Origin: Bacteroidota bacterium
GTDB lineage: Bacteria; Bacteroidota; Bacteroidia; Chitinophagales; Chitinophagaceae
Direction: 5' to 3'
NCBI GenBank assembly: GCA_018268085.1
Contig: JAFDXE010000014.1
Coordinates: 8,140 to 72,139 of the forward strand
Length of the DNA stretch: 64,000 bases
This document shows positions 1-9,865 of the stretch, in pieces. The notes under the pieces were generated by a model. It did not search any database, was not told where the DNA came from, and worked only from the letters and a program-made list of their open reading frames with translations. Positions within the stretch are counted from its first letter, which is position 1, and each line of letters begins with the position of its first letter. The position numbers were made by a program, and so were the translations under genes.

Positions 1-1
1 T

Positions 2-385
2 AAGGAAGCGGCCGAGGCTTTTGTTGCCGCCATTGAAAACAGGAAGGTCATTGCTTTTCACGGGGAGATGGGAGCCGGTAAAACAACATTTATTACAGCT
101 TTGTGCCATGCTTTGGGCGTAACCAATGCAGTAAGCAGTCCTACTTTTTCAATCATCAACGAATACCGGTCTGCTGGTGGCGAGAGGATATATCACATGG
201 ATCTGTATCGTTTAAAAGATGAAACAGAAGCAATGAATGCCGGTGTGGAAGATGCAATATATTCCGGCGATCTATGCCTGGTAGAATGGCCGGAAAAAGC
301 ACCGGGAATATTTCCGCCTGATACCGTTCATTGCTATCTCCAATCTGTTGCAGGTAATCAACGTAAGCTGCAAATAAATTTGTAA
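2..385 (+). CDS. tsaE: tRNA threonylcarbamoyladenosine biosynthesis ATPase TsaE (5' truncated by window edge)
   Basis: Frame open from position 2 (KEAAEAFVAAIENRKVIAFHGEMGAGKTT); Walker A GEMGAGKT, SSPTFSIINEY, YHMDLYRL and LVEWPE motifs typical of TsaE/YjeE. Confidence 0.93.
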   Translation, partial: KEAAEAFVAAIENRKVIAFHGEMGAGKTTFITALCHALGVTNAVSSPTFSIINEYRSAGGERIYHMDLYRLKDETEAMNAGVEDAIYSGDLCLVEWPEKAPGIFPPDTVHCYLQSVAGNQRKLQINL

Positions 386-443
386 TTTGTAATATTAACC
401 CGCATATCGTACTAAGAGCCGCTAAGCTCTAAACACAACATAT

Positions 444-1658
444 ATGGCAACTTCAAAACCTTTTGTATCTCCGTCTTTTTCTTATGAAACACTGGAAGAA
501 ACCCTGGATGTTAAACCGAAAGGTGAAGAAATGTTCATAGGCATTCCAAAGGAAAATTCATTTAATGAAAACCGCATAGCTCTTACGCCCGAGGCGGTAG
601 GTGTAATAGTTGCCAATGGCCATCATGTGAGCATTGAAACAAACGCAGGTTTAGGCGCCAATTATTCTGATAAGGATTACAGCGAAGCCGGTGCAAAAAT
701 CATATATGATAAAAAGGAAATTTTCAATTGCAATGTAATTGTAAAAAGCGGGCCGGTGAGTGAGGAAGATTGTGAATTGCTTAAGCCCAATACCTACCTG
801 ATTTCTCCCATACACCTTGCCGTTATGAAACGCTCCATACTGGAAAAGATGATGGAGAAAAAAATTACGGCATTGAGTTTTGAAAATCTGAAAGACGGAA
901 GCGGTCACAACCCGATTGTACGCAGCATGAGTGAAATTGCAGGCAGTGCGGTGATGCTGATAGCCGGCCAGTATCTCAGTAATGCAAACAATGGTAAGGG
1001 TGTGCTGGTAGGAGGGATCAGTGGTATCCCGCCTACTAAAGTAATAATTATCGGTGCTGGTATTGTTGGCGAATATGCAGCAAGAACAGCTTTGGCTATG
1101 GGCGCAAGCGTAAAAATTTTTGATAACAGTATTTACCGGTTAAAACGGTTGCAGAATAATATTGGAGGTAGAATGTGGACTTCCGTAATTGAGCCAAAAA
1201 TCCTGGGGAAACAATTAAAAACCTGCGATGTTGCTATCGGTGCTTTGAGTGGAAGTTCCGGAAGAACACCCATTGTGGTGAGTGAAGAAATGGTGAGCCA
1301 TATGCGTCCCGGTAGTGTGATCGTTGACGTTAGTATCGACCACGGTGGTTGTTTTGAAACCAGTGAAGTAACCACTCATGAAAGTCCGGTGTTCCGAAAA
1401 TATGACGTGATACATTATTGCGTGCCTAATATTCCAAGCGGATTTGCCAGAACAGCATCGCAGGCAATCAGCAATGTACTTACTCCATTATTACTGGAAA
1501 CAGCCGAAGACGGCGGTATCGATAACGTGATCTGGTACAAGATCAATATCCGCAGCGGTATTTATTTATTCAAGGGAAGTTTAACCAATATACACCTCAG
1601 TGAAAGGTTTGATCTGAAATATACCGATTTGAATTTGCTGATTGCGAGCAGGAGATAG
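444..1658 (+). CDS. ald: Alanine dehydrogenase (AlaDh/PNT family)
   Basis: GIPKE...ENRIALTP N-terminus, GAGIVG NAD-binding motif, DVSIDHGGCFETS, HYCVPNIP. Confidence 0.88.
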   Translation: MATSKPFVSPSFSYETLEETLDVKPKGEEMFIGIPKENSFNENRIALTPEAVGVIVANGHHVSIETNAGLGANYSDKDYSEAGAKIIYDKKEIFNCNVIVKSGPVSEEDCELLKPNTYLISPIHLAVMKRSILEKMMEKKITALSFENLKDGSGHNPIVRSMSEIAGSAVMLIAGQYLSNANNGKGVLVGGISGIPPTKVIIIGAGIVGEYAARTALAMGASVKIFDNSIYRLKRLQNNIGGRMWTSVIEPKILGKQLKTCDVAIGALSGSSGRTPIVVSEEMVSHMRPGSVIVDVSIDHGGCFETSEVTTHESPVFRKYDVIHYCVPNIPSGFARTASQAISNVLTPLLLETAEDGGIDNVIWYKINIRSGIYLFKGSLTNIHLSERFDLKYTDLNLLIASRR

Positions 1659-1660
1659 AT

Positions 1661-2269
1661 CTATTTGAATTCCATAATGGAAATCACTTCATCACAAAAA
1701 TGATATTCCTGTTTATCGTTGCTGCTTATAATAACAAGCCTTCCCGTAGTATATTTTTTAATTAACTGCTGATACAGTTGTATTCCTTCTTCATCAAGAT
1801 TCGTTGTTGGTTCATCCAGCAATAAAACACTTGTGTTGCTGAAAAAAGCCTGCGCCAGTTTCAGTCGTTGTTTCATGCCACTGCTGTAATAACGAATCTG
1901 TTTATTGGAAGCATGAACCAGGTTTATCTCTTTTAATATCTCCGGATTGGATATGGTTAGCGTTTTAAACGTTGCATGAAAGTTCAGGAATTCCAGCGCC
2001 GTCATTTCTTCTATAAGTTCTAGGTATGGCCCGGCAATAGATAATTCTTTATGCGCCTGTTCAGGTTTTATCTCCGTTTCCTTATTGTAAATGATCTTTC
2101 CTTCAGTTTGCATGATGGCACCGGCAATTACCTGCAGTAATGTTGATTTCCCTGAACCATTCGGCCCGGTTATAGCATAGGCTTTACCCGGGTTAAACGT
2201 ATAGTTAAAGTGACGGAATATCCATTCCCTGTTGTATCGTTTACCGGTATCAGTGAGTATGATCTGCAA
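1661..2269 (-). CDS. ABC-type ATP-binding protein with no membrane partner in the window
   Basis: Walker A GPNGSGKST, signature YSSGMKQR, Walker B LLLDEP; TTG start. Confidence 0.88.
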   Translation of the reverse strand: MQIILTDTGKRYNREWIFRHFNYTFNPGKAYAITGPNGSGKSTLLQVIAGAIMQTEGKIIYNKETEIKPEQAHKELSIAGPYLELIEEMTALEFLNFHATFKTLTISNPEILKEINLVHASNKQIRYYSSGMKQRLKLAQAFFSNTSVLLLDEPTTNLDEEGIQLYQQLIKKYTTGRLVIISSNDKQEYHFCDEVISIMEFK

Positions 2270-2323
2270 AACAGGGATGATTTATTCGGAAAATAAAAAG
2301 AAATGATGTTTGGCAGGTACAGA

Positions 2324-3121
2324 TTATTCATCTTCCATACTGCCCTTGCTGAATCTTTTGATGATGCCCCTGCCGCTTTCACGAATGAACGTAACGATCT
2401 CATCGCGTTCGTCTGTAGCAGGTAGTTCTTCTTCAATAAAGTTCAGCGCCTGCGAAGTGTTCAGGTTTTTATTGTAAATGATCCGGTATATATCCAGGAT
2501 ATGATTGATCCTGTCGAGTGAAAATCCTCTTCTTTTTAAGCCAACAGAATTCACACCGGCATAACTAAGCGGCGTACGGGCAGCTTTAATATATGGCGGT
2601 ACATCTTTACTTACAAGTGAACCTCCGGATACAAAAGCATGCTGACCAATATGTACAAACTGGTGAATGGCACACATACCGGCAAGGATGGCATTGTCGC
2701 CCATTACCACGTGACCCGCCATTTGTGTATTGTTACTCATGATGCAATTACTGCCAATCACACAATCGTGCGCAATATGACTGTAAGCCATGATCAGGCA
2801 ATTGTCTCCAACTTTTGTCGTCCACCTGTCTTTACTGCCCCGGTTTATGGTTACAAATTCACGAACGGTTGTATTGTCGCCAATTTCCACGGTAGTGTTT
2901 TCACCTTCGTATTTAAGATCCTGAGGGATACCTGCGATTACAGCACCGGGAAAAATGCGGCAGTTGTTTCCAATGCGGGCTCCTTCCATGATGGTAACAT
3001 TACTACCAATCCAGGTGCCTTTGCCAATTTCTACATTATGATGTATTACGGTAAATGGATCGATCTTTACGTTATTGGCCAGTTTGGCATTCGGGTGAAT
3101 ATACGTGTGCGGATGAATCAT
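2324..3121 (-). CDS. lpxA: Acyl-ACP--UDP-N-acetylglucosamine O-acyltransferase
   Basis: Hexapeptide repeats, PQDLKY, REFVTINRG, MAYSHIAHDC, HQFVHIG; directly downstream of lpxC-fabZ. Confidence 0.95.
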   Translation of the reverse strand: MIHPHTYIHPNAKLANNVKIDPFTVIHHNVEIGKGTWIGSNVTIMEGARIGNNCRIFPGAVIAGIPQDLKYEGENTTVEIGDNTTVREFVTINRGSKDRWTTKVGDNCLIMAYSHIAHDCVIGSNCIMSNNTQMAGHVVMGDNAILAGMCAIHQFVHIGQHAFVSGGSLVSKDVPPYIKAARTPLSYAGVNSVGLKRRGFSLDRINHILDIYRIIYNKNLNTSQALNFIEEELPATDERDEIVTFIRESGRGIIKRFSKGSMEDE

Positions 3122-3163
3122 TTAATTTATTTGGTACTTTAACGATGCGGTTATAGTGTTTTA

Positions 3164-4570
3164 TTAATCTTTCTTTACCAGTTGTGCAGTGAAGTCGCCT
3201 TCCGTACATAATTTATTGCCTACATACACACTGCCTCTCATGGCACAGATTCCCCTGCGTATCGGCTCTATCAATTCCATTTTAAGGATCATGGTATCGC
3301 CGGGTACAACTTTTTGTTTGAATTTGCAATTATCAATTTTAATGAAATAGGTATCATATGTTCCTTTCGGCATGGCATTGATACAAAGCACGCCACCGGT
3401 TTGCGCCAGTGCTTCTACCTGCAACACGCCTGGCATTACCGGGTTGCCCGGAAAATGTCCCTGGAAAAATGTTTCATTGAAAGTTACATTTTTAATTCCT
3501 ACAATCATGTTGTCGTGCAGTTCAATGATCTTATCTACCAGCAGGAACGGATAACGATGCGGTAATGTTTTTTCTATGTACTCATGTGTGTACACCGCAG
3601 GCCTGTTGGGATCGTACACCGGTATGTTCTTGGTGTGTTTGTTTTTCTTGATGTATTGTTTGATCTGTTTGGCAAACTCAACATTACTGCTGTGTCCCGG
3701 ACGGCTGGCGATGATATGCCCTTTAATAGGATAACCAATCAATGCCAGGTCACCAATTACATCTAACAGTTTATGCCTGGCAGGTTCATTGGGAAACCGC
3801 AACTCAAGATTATTTAAATAGCCTTCTGTTTTTACTTCTACTTTCTTTCTCCCGAAGGCTTTTGCAAGACGATGCATTTCTTCTTCCGTAACGGCCTTAT
3901 CTACCACAACAATGGCGTTGTTGATATCACCGCCTTTTATGAGGTTGTTATCGAGTAACATTTCCAGCTCATGTAAAAAACAAAAAGTGCGGCAGGGAGC
4001 GATTTCAGTTTTAAACTCATCCATACTTTTCAGGCTGGCGTGTTGTGTTCCTAAAACGGGGCTGTTAAAGTCTATCAGTGTGGTGATCTGGTAATTGGTA
4101 GCAGGCAATGCAGTGAGTTCAACTCTTTTCTTTTCATCGTAGAAAGAAAGATTGGTATCAATAGTGTACCAGGCTTTGGCTGCGTCTTGTTCTACCACAC
4201 CGGTTTCTTCGATAATATCTACAAAGGGGCCGCTACTGCCATCGATGATTGGAATTTCCGGTCCGTTGATTTCGATTAGACAGTTATCGATACCCATTCC
4301 TACCAATGCAGCAAGTATATGTTCTACTGTGCTAACCTTTACGCCGTTTTGCTCAAGTGTAGTACCTCTTGATGTATCCGTTACCAGGTCGCAATCTGCT
4401 TTTATGATGGGCATTCCTGCCAGGTCAACACGTTGAAACTGGAATCCAAACCCGGCATGTGCAGGTTTAAGGGTCATGTCTACATTTATTCCTGTATGTA
4501 AACCGGTTCCGGAAATATTGATCGCATCTTTTAAGGTATGTTGCTTGTCCGGGTTGAAGTTTTTATCCAT
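3164..4570 (-). CDS. lpxC-fabZ: Bifunctional UDP-3-O-acyl-GlcNAc deacetylase / 3-hydroxyacyl-ACP dehydratase (LpxC-FabZ fusion)
   Basis: LpxC motifs GTGLHTG, STVEHILAAL, RHKLLDVIGDL; C-terminal FabZ LPHRYPFLLVD, FFQGHFP, PGVLQVEALAQ; ATG at 4570 preferred over TTG at 4576. Confidence 0.95.
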   Translation of the reverse strand: MDKNFNPDKQHTLKDAINISGTGLHTGINVDMTLKPAHAGFGFQFQRVDLAGMPIIKADCDLVTDTSRGTTLEQNGVKVSTVEHILAALVGMGIDNCLIEINGPEIPIIDGSSGPFVDIIEETGVVEQDAAKAWYTIDTNLSFYDEKKRVELTALPATNYQITTLIDFNSPVLGTQHASLKSMDEFKTEIAPCRTFCFLHELEMLLDNNLIKGGDINNAIVVVDKAVTEEEMHRLAKAFGRKKVEVKTEGYLNNLELRFPNEPARHKLLDVIGDLALIGYPIKGHIIASRPGHSSNVEFAKQIKQYIKKNKHTKNIPVYDPNRPAVYTHEYIEKTLPHRYPFLLVDKIIELHDNMIVGIKNVTFNETFFQGHFPGNPVMPGVLQVEALAQTGGVLCINAMPKGTYDTYFIKIDNCKFKQKVVPGDTMILKMELIEPIRRGICAMRGSVYVGNKLCTEGDFTAQLVKKD

Positions 4571-4591
4571 TGCCAAAATTCAGATTTGGCG

Positions 4592-4599
4592 CAAAGATA
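4592..4599 (-). promoter_or_regulatory. Bacteroidota sigma-A -7 element (TATCTTTG) upstream of lpxC-fabZ
   Basis: Exact TAnnTTTG match 22 nt upstream of the ATG. Confidence 0.6.
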
Positions 4600-4649
4600 T
4601 TTTAATTTTTCGCTTCTAACATATATTAAGGTGCTTAAATGTGAGGTAA

Positions 4650-7133
4650 TTAAAACTGGAACTGGAAGCTTCCGAAAATACCAAACCTGGATGTTTTGTT
4701 AAGAGCAGAAGGGTCTTTTGAAAGCCGCCAAACAAAGTCAAAACGCAGTAATTTGAATATATTGTCAATGCCGGTACCTACTTCTATATACGTATTATTG
4801 TTGAGCGTTTTGAAATTACTCTTTGCATTATTCAATGCGTTGTTTGCCTGGCTTAAAGAACCCCAAAGCGTTTTTGCAGTCCAGAATTGCCGCCACTTCA
4901 ATTTCCTGGTAATTGGGATAAACCGGAATAATCCTGAGCCGATATTGTGTTCAACATTAATACCTGCCCATTGATCGCTCAGGTATTCGAAACGGTTCAT
5001 CAGGTCATACACATTCGGGTTGTAATAATAGATATCATTTCCCGGATGATTTTCCAGGAAGGCAAACGGCAGTGTTCCGAAAACTTTTCCTGCATACACT
5101 TTATAGGTAACAGTTCCGTATGGGGAGATCTTCATTTTATCTCTTACCATTAAACTGAGTTTTGAATAATCGTAAGCGCTGTTGGCAATACCGGAAATTC
5201 CTTTGGTTGCCGTTAACTCAACAATAGGATATTTTGTACCGAGTGAATACCGGAAATAATCTCCTTCAAAAAATTGTTCGAGGTATGCGAAGCGCAGTTT
5301 CAATGCAATATCGAAGCTGGTTAAAGGGTTGCCTAATTTTGTAGGAAAATCAGATTTCAGCGGAAGGTTCTGCAAAGGGGTATAGCTACGATGCGCTAAA
5401 AACAATTCCGTGGAAAAACCGCCTTTGCCCCATTCTTTGAATATTTCAAAGCGGCTGTCTTTTACGCTTACAAATTTGCGGTTTACGTTGGGCTTGCGGA
5501 TGGCCAACGAAAAAATATTGTCCTGGCTAACTTCGCCGATCTGGCTAATGCCATTATCGATATCATTGAGGTAAGAAGCGTGCAGGCGAAACCTTGGGTA
5601 TTTTTTCAGTATCCAGAAAGCTTCCAGCATCCCCTTGAATTTCTTATCCGTTGTTCCATACGCACCATAGCCATGAAGATAAATATGCTTGTTGAAGCCG
5701 GTATTCGTTCCGAGATCGAAACGGAATCTTGTGCCTTCCCATTGATTGGCACTGATCCAGTTAAACCACGGACCTATTTCAATATTGCCAATATTTTTAT
5801 AACCGGTTGCAATAAATTTTATGGTGCGCTCGAGTTTATGAAACTTCGGCATTTGCAGCAGTTTATTCACGGTTTCATAAATCGTTTTTTCATTTTCCGA
5901 TAAACTGTCGTGTCGCAATTGCTGCCAGGTTGAATCGGTAAGTTCAGTGAGTGTGTTGTCGGTTTTTACGATCTCGGCGATCTTCTGTTCTTTAAACAGC
6001 GCCGCGATAGAATCGCTGTTTACAACAATATTCCGGTACGACGTTGTTTTACGACCAATAAGTGTCAGCGACTGTTTGCCCAATGCCCTGAAATCTGCAT
6101 AAAATTTATCCCTGCTTAAAAAATACACACTGTCGTTTATCGGGATAAATTCCTGGAATACACTTACCCTGTCGATGTAATTGATATTGGCATCTTTACC
6201 GAGGTACAGCGATATTTTCTGGATCTGGTAGGTTTGAGCCGTTACCCAGGCGTCTCCTTCAAAGGTGTTCTGACCCGGATGTTTCGAGCGAAATACAAAA
6301 TGAAAGATCTTTTTTCCGTTTTGAATCTGCGTGTCGGGAACGGAAAAAATATAATAGTCGTCGCCATTATCGTTAAACGGACTTACAAAATCCTTATCCA
6401 TCACATTTACAAAATTCGCATACACGTTTACGTTCTGGTTCATCACACCCGTTAGTTTTGTAATGCTTTCGTTCTTAAAACCCTTTATATTATTTGCTCT
6501 TATATTTTCATAATATTTTTTTGGATTTTTCTGGTATGCATAATCGCTTATGCTTTCCAGTAAGTATGCAGGAAGGAAAGGTTCTTTTTCGGAAGTACTG
6601 TCTATATTGTCTAATACAAACGTAAACGGCTTTAGTAATGGGTTGCGTTTGATCTTTTTTATCTTGAGATTTTTGATATCCACCTCAAGTTTATTGTATG
6701 CTTCATATCCATAGTTGGGAAGGTTGGAGCGATTGTACATTTTCTTTTTGCTCATGATCTTCTTCCATAAAAACAAACCTTTATTGAAAGATGTTTTTAC
6801 GATCACCGCATTGTTCAGGCCGCCTCTTTGCATTTGTATATTCAAAGCAACATTATCTGAACTGCCGGTTACCACGGTTACTGCATTCTGGTATCCCACA
6901 TAGGAAACAACCAGGCTGTCTTTTACCAATTTGCTCACACGGAAACTAAAATTACCGGCGCTGTCGGATGTTTGGCCGTAACCAGTACTTTTCAGGTAAA
7001 CGGATGCGTAGGGTACAGGTTCATTTGTATGGGCATCGTGTACAGTACCTTTTAACGTTACCTGCGCCTGTAATTGAACCACAGAAAAAAATATGATCGC
7101 AGTAAGAAAAAAATATTTAGTGAGTAAGTTCAA
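4650..7133 (-). CDS. Secreted/outer-membrane protein: N-terminal carboxypeptidase-regulatory-like domain + DUF5686-type beta-rich domain
   Basis: Signal peptide, LKGTVHDAHTNEPVPYASV...TSDSAGNF...SYVGY (CarboxypepD_reg-like), YEAYNKLEVD, YIEVGTGIDNIFKLLRFDFVWR near the C-terminus, terminal Phe. Confidence 0.75.
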   Translation of the reverse strand: MNLLTKYFFLTAIIFFSVVQLQAQVTLKGTVHDAHTNEPVPYASVYLKSTGYGQTSDSAGNFSFRVSKLVKDSLVVSYVGYQNAVTVVTGSSDNVALNIQMQRGGLNNAVIVKTSFNKGLFLWKKIMSKKKMYNRSNLPNYGYEAYNKLEVDIKNLKIKKIKRNPLLKPFTFVLDNIDSTSEKEPFLPAYLLESISDYAYQKNPKKYYENIRANNIKGFKNESITKLTGVMNQNVNVYANFVNVMDKDFVSPFNDNGDDYYIFSVPDTQIQNGKKIFHFVFRSKHPGQNTFEGDAWVTAQTYQIQKISLYLGKDANINYIDRVSVFQEFIPINDSVYFLSRDKFYADFRALGKQSLTLIGRKTTSYRNIVVNSDSIAALFKEQKIAEIVKTDNTLTELTDSTWQQLRHDSLSENEKTIYETVNKLLQMPKFHKLERTIKFIATGYKNIGNIEIGPWFNWISANQWEGTRFRFDLGTNTGFNKHIYLHGYGAYGTTDKKFKGMLEAFWILKKYPRFRLHASYLNDIDNGISQIGEVSQDNIFSLAIRKPNVNRKFVSVKDSRFEIFKEWGKGGFSTELFLAHRSYTPLQNLPLKSDFPTKLGNPLTSFDIALKLRFAYLEQFFEGDYFRYSLGTKYPIVELTATKGISGIANSAYDYSKLSLMVRDKMKISPYGTVTYKVYAGKVFGTLPFAFLENHPGNDIYYYNPNVYDLMNRFEYLSDQWAGINVEHNIGSGLFRFIPITRKLKWRQFWTAKTLWGSLSQANNALNNAKSNFKTLNNNTYIEVGTGIDNIFKLLRFDFVWRLSKDPSALNKTSRFGIFGSFQFQF

Positions 7134-7349
7134 TCCTTTTCAATTATGTTTTCAAAAGCCTCTCGTTGTAAGTGTACGGTAGTTGTTCAGTGAAACAATG
7201 TTCCGGTTACAAAAAAAGTAAATACCTGTTAAAGTTATCTGCCTGTTGCAAATAAAATTTGCCGTTTAACTATTTATTAATGAGGGCAACCACAATAAAA
7301 GGCTGGGTAACGTAATTGGCTTAAAAAATAAAAAAAACAGTGGTGAATA

Positions 7350-8411
7350 TTATTTCTGTGGACTATCAGTATGTACCAACAACATTTCTTTGATTAATTT
7401 CTCCATTTCAATAATCCTTTTTTCCAGTTGCGGCAGGTTGCGGGTAATGGCCTGGCTGCGCAATGCGGCTGTATAATCGTATGCCGGTGAACCGGTAACT
7501 GCTGTATTGGGAGTTTTGATCGATTTGCTTACTCCGCTTTGGGCGTTTATTTTACTGCCATCAGCAATTTGTATATGACCTACAATGCCTGCCTGGCCAC
7601 CGATCATTACATTCTTCCCGATCTTGGTGCTTCCGCTTACGCCACTCTGAGCTGCAATTACACTGTTGTTTCCCACTTCCACATTGTGTGCGATTTGTAA
7701 GAGGTTATCCAGTTTTGCGCCTGATTTAATAAGCGTACTCCCAATAGTTGCCCGGTCGATGGTTGTATTGGCTCCAATTTCTACCCCGTCTTCAATTACA
7801 ACATTGCCAATTTGAGGTACTTTTTTCAGGCTGCCATCCTTTTGTGGTGCATAGCCGAATCCATCACTGCCAATTACTGTTCCCGCATGAATCACTACGT
7901 TGCTGCCAATCACGCACTCATGATAAATTTTTACACCAGCATGAATAATTGTATGGTCACCAACAACTACATTGTTGCCCAGGTATGCATTCGGAAATAT
8001 TTTTACGCCTTTACCAATCACCACATTTTCTCCCAGGTATGCAAAAGCACCGATATACACCTGTTCACCCATCTTCACCGTTGGGTCGATATATACGGGT
8101 TGTTGAATGCCCGATAATTGCTGGGTTCTGATCTGCTGGTATTTGTCGAGTAAAGTGGCAAATGCACTATAAGCATCGGGCACACGTATCAGCGTGGCAG
8201 TAATCGGATTCTTTAGTTGTAATGTTTGGTTTACAATGATAACCGATGCTTTTGTACTGTATAAAAAATCTTCGTATTTGGGATTTGCTAAAAATGCGAG
8301 CTGCCCGGATTTGGCTTCTTCAATTTTTCCAAATGAATGAACCGTTGCATCCGACGGGCCTTCCAGGATTCCACCAATGATAGCTGCGATTTGAGCTGCA
8401 CTGAATTGCAT
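7350..8411 (-). CDS. lpxD: UDP-3-O-(3-hydroxyacyl)glucosamine N-acyltransferase
   Basis: FLANPKY, hexapeptide repeats, [28 protein letters not shown]. Confidence 0.95.
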   Translation of the reverse strand: MQFSAAQIAAIIGGILEGPSDATVHSFGKIEEAKSGQLAFLANPKYEDFLYSTKASVIIVNQTLQLKNPITATLIRVPDAYSAFATLLDKYQQIRTQQLSGIQQPVYIDPTVKMGEQVYIGAFAYLGENVVIGKGVKIFPNAYLGNNVVVGDHTIIHAGVKIYHECVIGSNVVIHAGTVIGSDGFGYAPQKDGSLKKVPQIGNVVIEDGVEIGANTTIDRATIGSTLIKSGAKLDNLLQIAHNVEVGNNSVIAAQSGVSGSTKIGKNVMIGGQAGIVGHIQIADGSKINAQSGVSKSIKTPNTAVTGSPAYDYTAALRSQAITRNLPQLEKRIIEMEKLIKEMLLVHTDSPQK

Positions 8412-8495
8412 AGTTTAAGCTTTTAGCAAATAACAGCATGTAGCGTTCTATAGCGTTTAATAAAAATTACTAAAAGCATTCACCTTCTCCTGCCG

Positions 8496-9677
8496 TTACC
8501 TTAAATAACAAATGTAATATTTTTTAATCTTGCCCTTAAGGTTTTCATTTATTAGCGCATTGTCAACCTCAGATATATCTTTAATCCCTCCATCCTTAAA
8601 TAGGATATGAATATGCTCATTTTCGAAATTGTAGGTTCTGCTCGAAGCTTCTCCCGTAAATACAAGCCAACCAGCATCTTCTTCAGATATATTCAGTGTA
8701 AGACAAGCTTGCTGTAGTTTTTGCTGCACAATGTTTTCAGCAACCGGTTCGGGATAATATTTTACTTTTAAAAGCCTGCGGTCAATGATTCCACGGCTTA
8801 GCAACGATAATACCGGGTCTGCATGATTACACCATCCTTTAATGGCCATCATTACATCATAATCATCAATATTACAAAACTGGCTCAGTGATATATCGCC
8901 TGCATTACCGGTAATGAAATGATTCAACGGTTCCTGGCATCCGGCATTTATTTGTTTAGCCCGTTTAATGATCCGTTGCAACATTTGTTCTGCACTTAAA
9001 ACCGTTTTATGTAAATATACCTGCCAGTACATCAGCCTTCTGGCGACAAGAAATTTTTCAATCGAATAAATTCCTTTTTCTTCTACCATTAATTCGCCGT
9101 TATGAACAGTGAGCATTTTTAAAATGCGGTCGTAGGCAATCACACCTTCATTTACGCCGGTAAAAAAACTATCACGGGTTAAATAATCCATACGGTCTAC
9201 ATCTAACTGCCCGCTCACCAACTGGTGCAGGAATTTTTTAGGATAGGCATCTGTAAAAATGTCTAGTGCCATCTGCAATTTTCCATTGAAAGCTTTGTTC
9301 AGTTCTTTAATAAGCAGGAGCGAAATTTCTTCATGGTGCATTCCTTCTGCCAAAACCTGTTCGAGTGCGTGAGAGAAAGGGCCATGGCCAATATCGTGAA
9401 GCAGGATTGCAATTTTGGATGCCTGCTGTTCTTCCGGGCTGATATCAATTCCTTTACTTACCAGTTCCTGTAATGCACAACGCATAAGGTGGTAAGCGCC
9501 CAATGAATGATGAAGACGTGTATGTACTGCGCCCGGATATACCAGGTGCGCCATTGCCATTTGATGAATGCGCCGTAAACGCTGGTAAAACGGATGTGCT
9601 ATGATATCATTGATCAGTTCATCATCTATTGTAATAAAGCCATATACCGGATCGTTGATTATTTTGTGGAAACGCAT
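8496..9677 (-). CDS. HD-domain phosphohydrolase (dNTPase/SAMHD1-like family)
   Basis: IINDPVYGFI, FQRLRRI-type motif (FYQRLRRIHQ), HTRLHHSLG, LLHDIGHGPFSH, QLDVDRMDYL. Confidence 0.88.
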   Translation of the reverse strand: MRFHKIINDPVYGFITIDDELINDIIAHPFYQRLRRIHQMAMAHLVYPGAVHTRLHHSLGAYHLMRCALQELVSKGIDISPEEQQASKIAILLHDIGHGPFSHALEQVLAEGMHHEEISLLLIKELNKAFNGKLQMALDIFTDAYPKKFLHQLVSGQLDVDRMDYLTRDSFFTGVNEGVIAYDRILKMLTVHNGELMVEEKGIYSIEKFLVARRLMYWQVYLHKTVLSAEQMLQRIIKRAKQINAGCQEPLNHFITGNAGDISLSQFCNIDDYDVMMAIKGWCNHADPVLSLLSRGIIDRRLLKVKYYPEPVAENIVQQKLQQACLTLNISEEDAGWLVFTGEASSRTYNFENEHIHILFKDGGIKDISEVDNALINENLKGKIKKYYICYLR

Positions 9678-9757
9678 TCTGTTTAATTGAATTAGGACAA
9701 ATATGTTAAAACTAGTTACAAAATTTCATAAAGCTGGTATCCATCAACCTAAAAAAT

Positions 9758-9765
9758 TAAATTTG
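9758..9765 (+). promoter_or_regulatory. -7 element (TAAATTTG) upstream of porX
   Basis: Exact TAnnTTTG match in the HD/porX divergent spacer. Confidence 0.5.
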
Positions 9766-9865
9766 TACGAATAGTTTATTATGTAAGAAATTTCTACGCC
9801 TAAATTTAACCGCTGTAGCAGGCATACAGATTGCGTTGCTGCTTTAAACCATAAAATAATAAACT

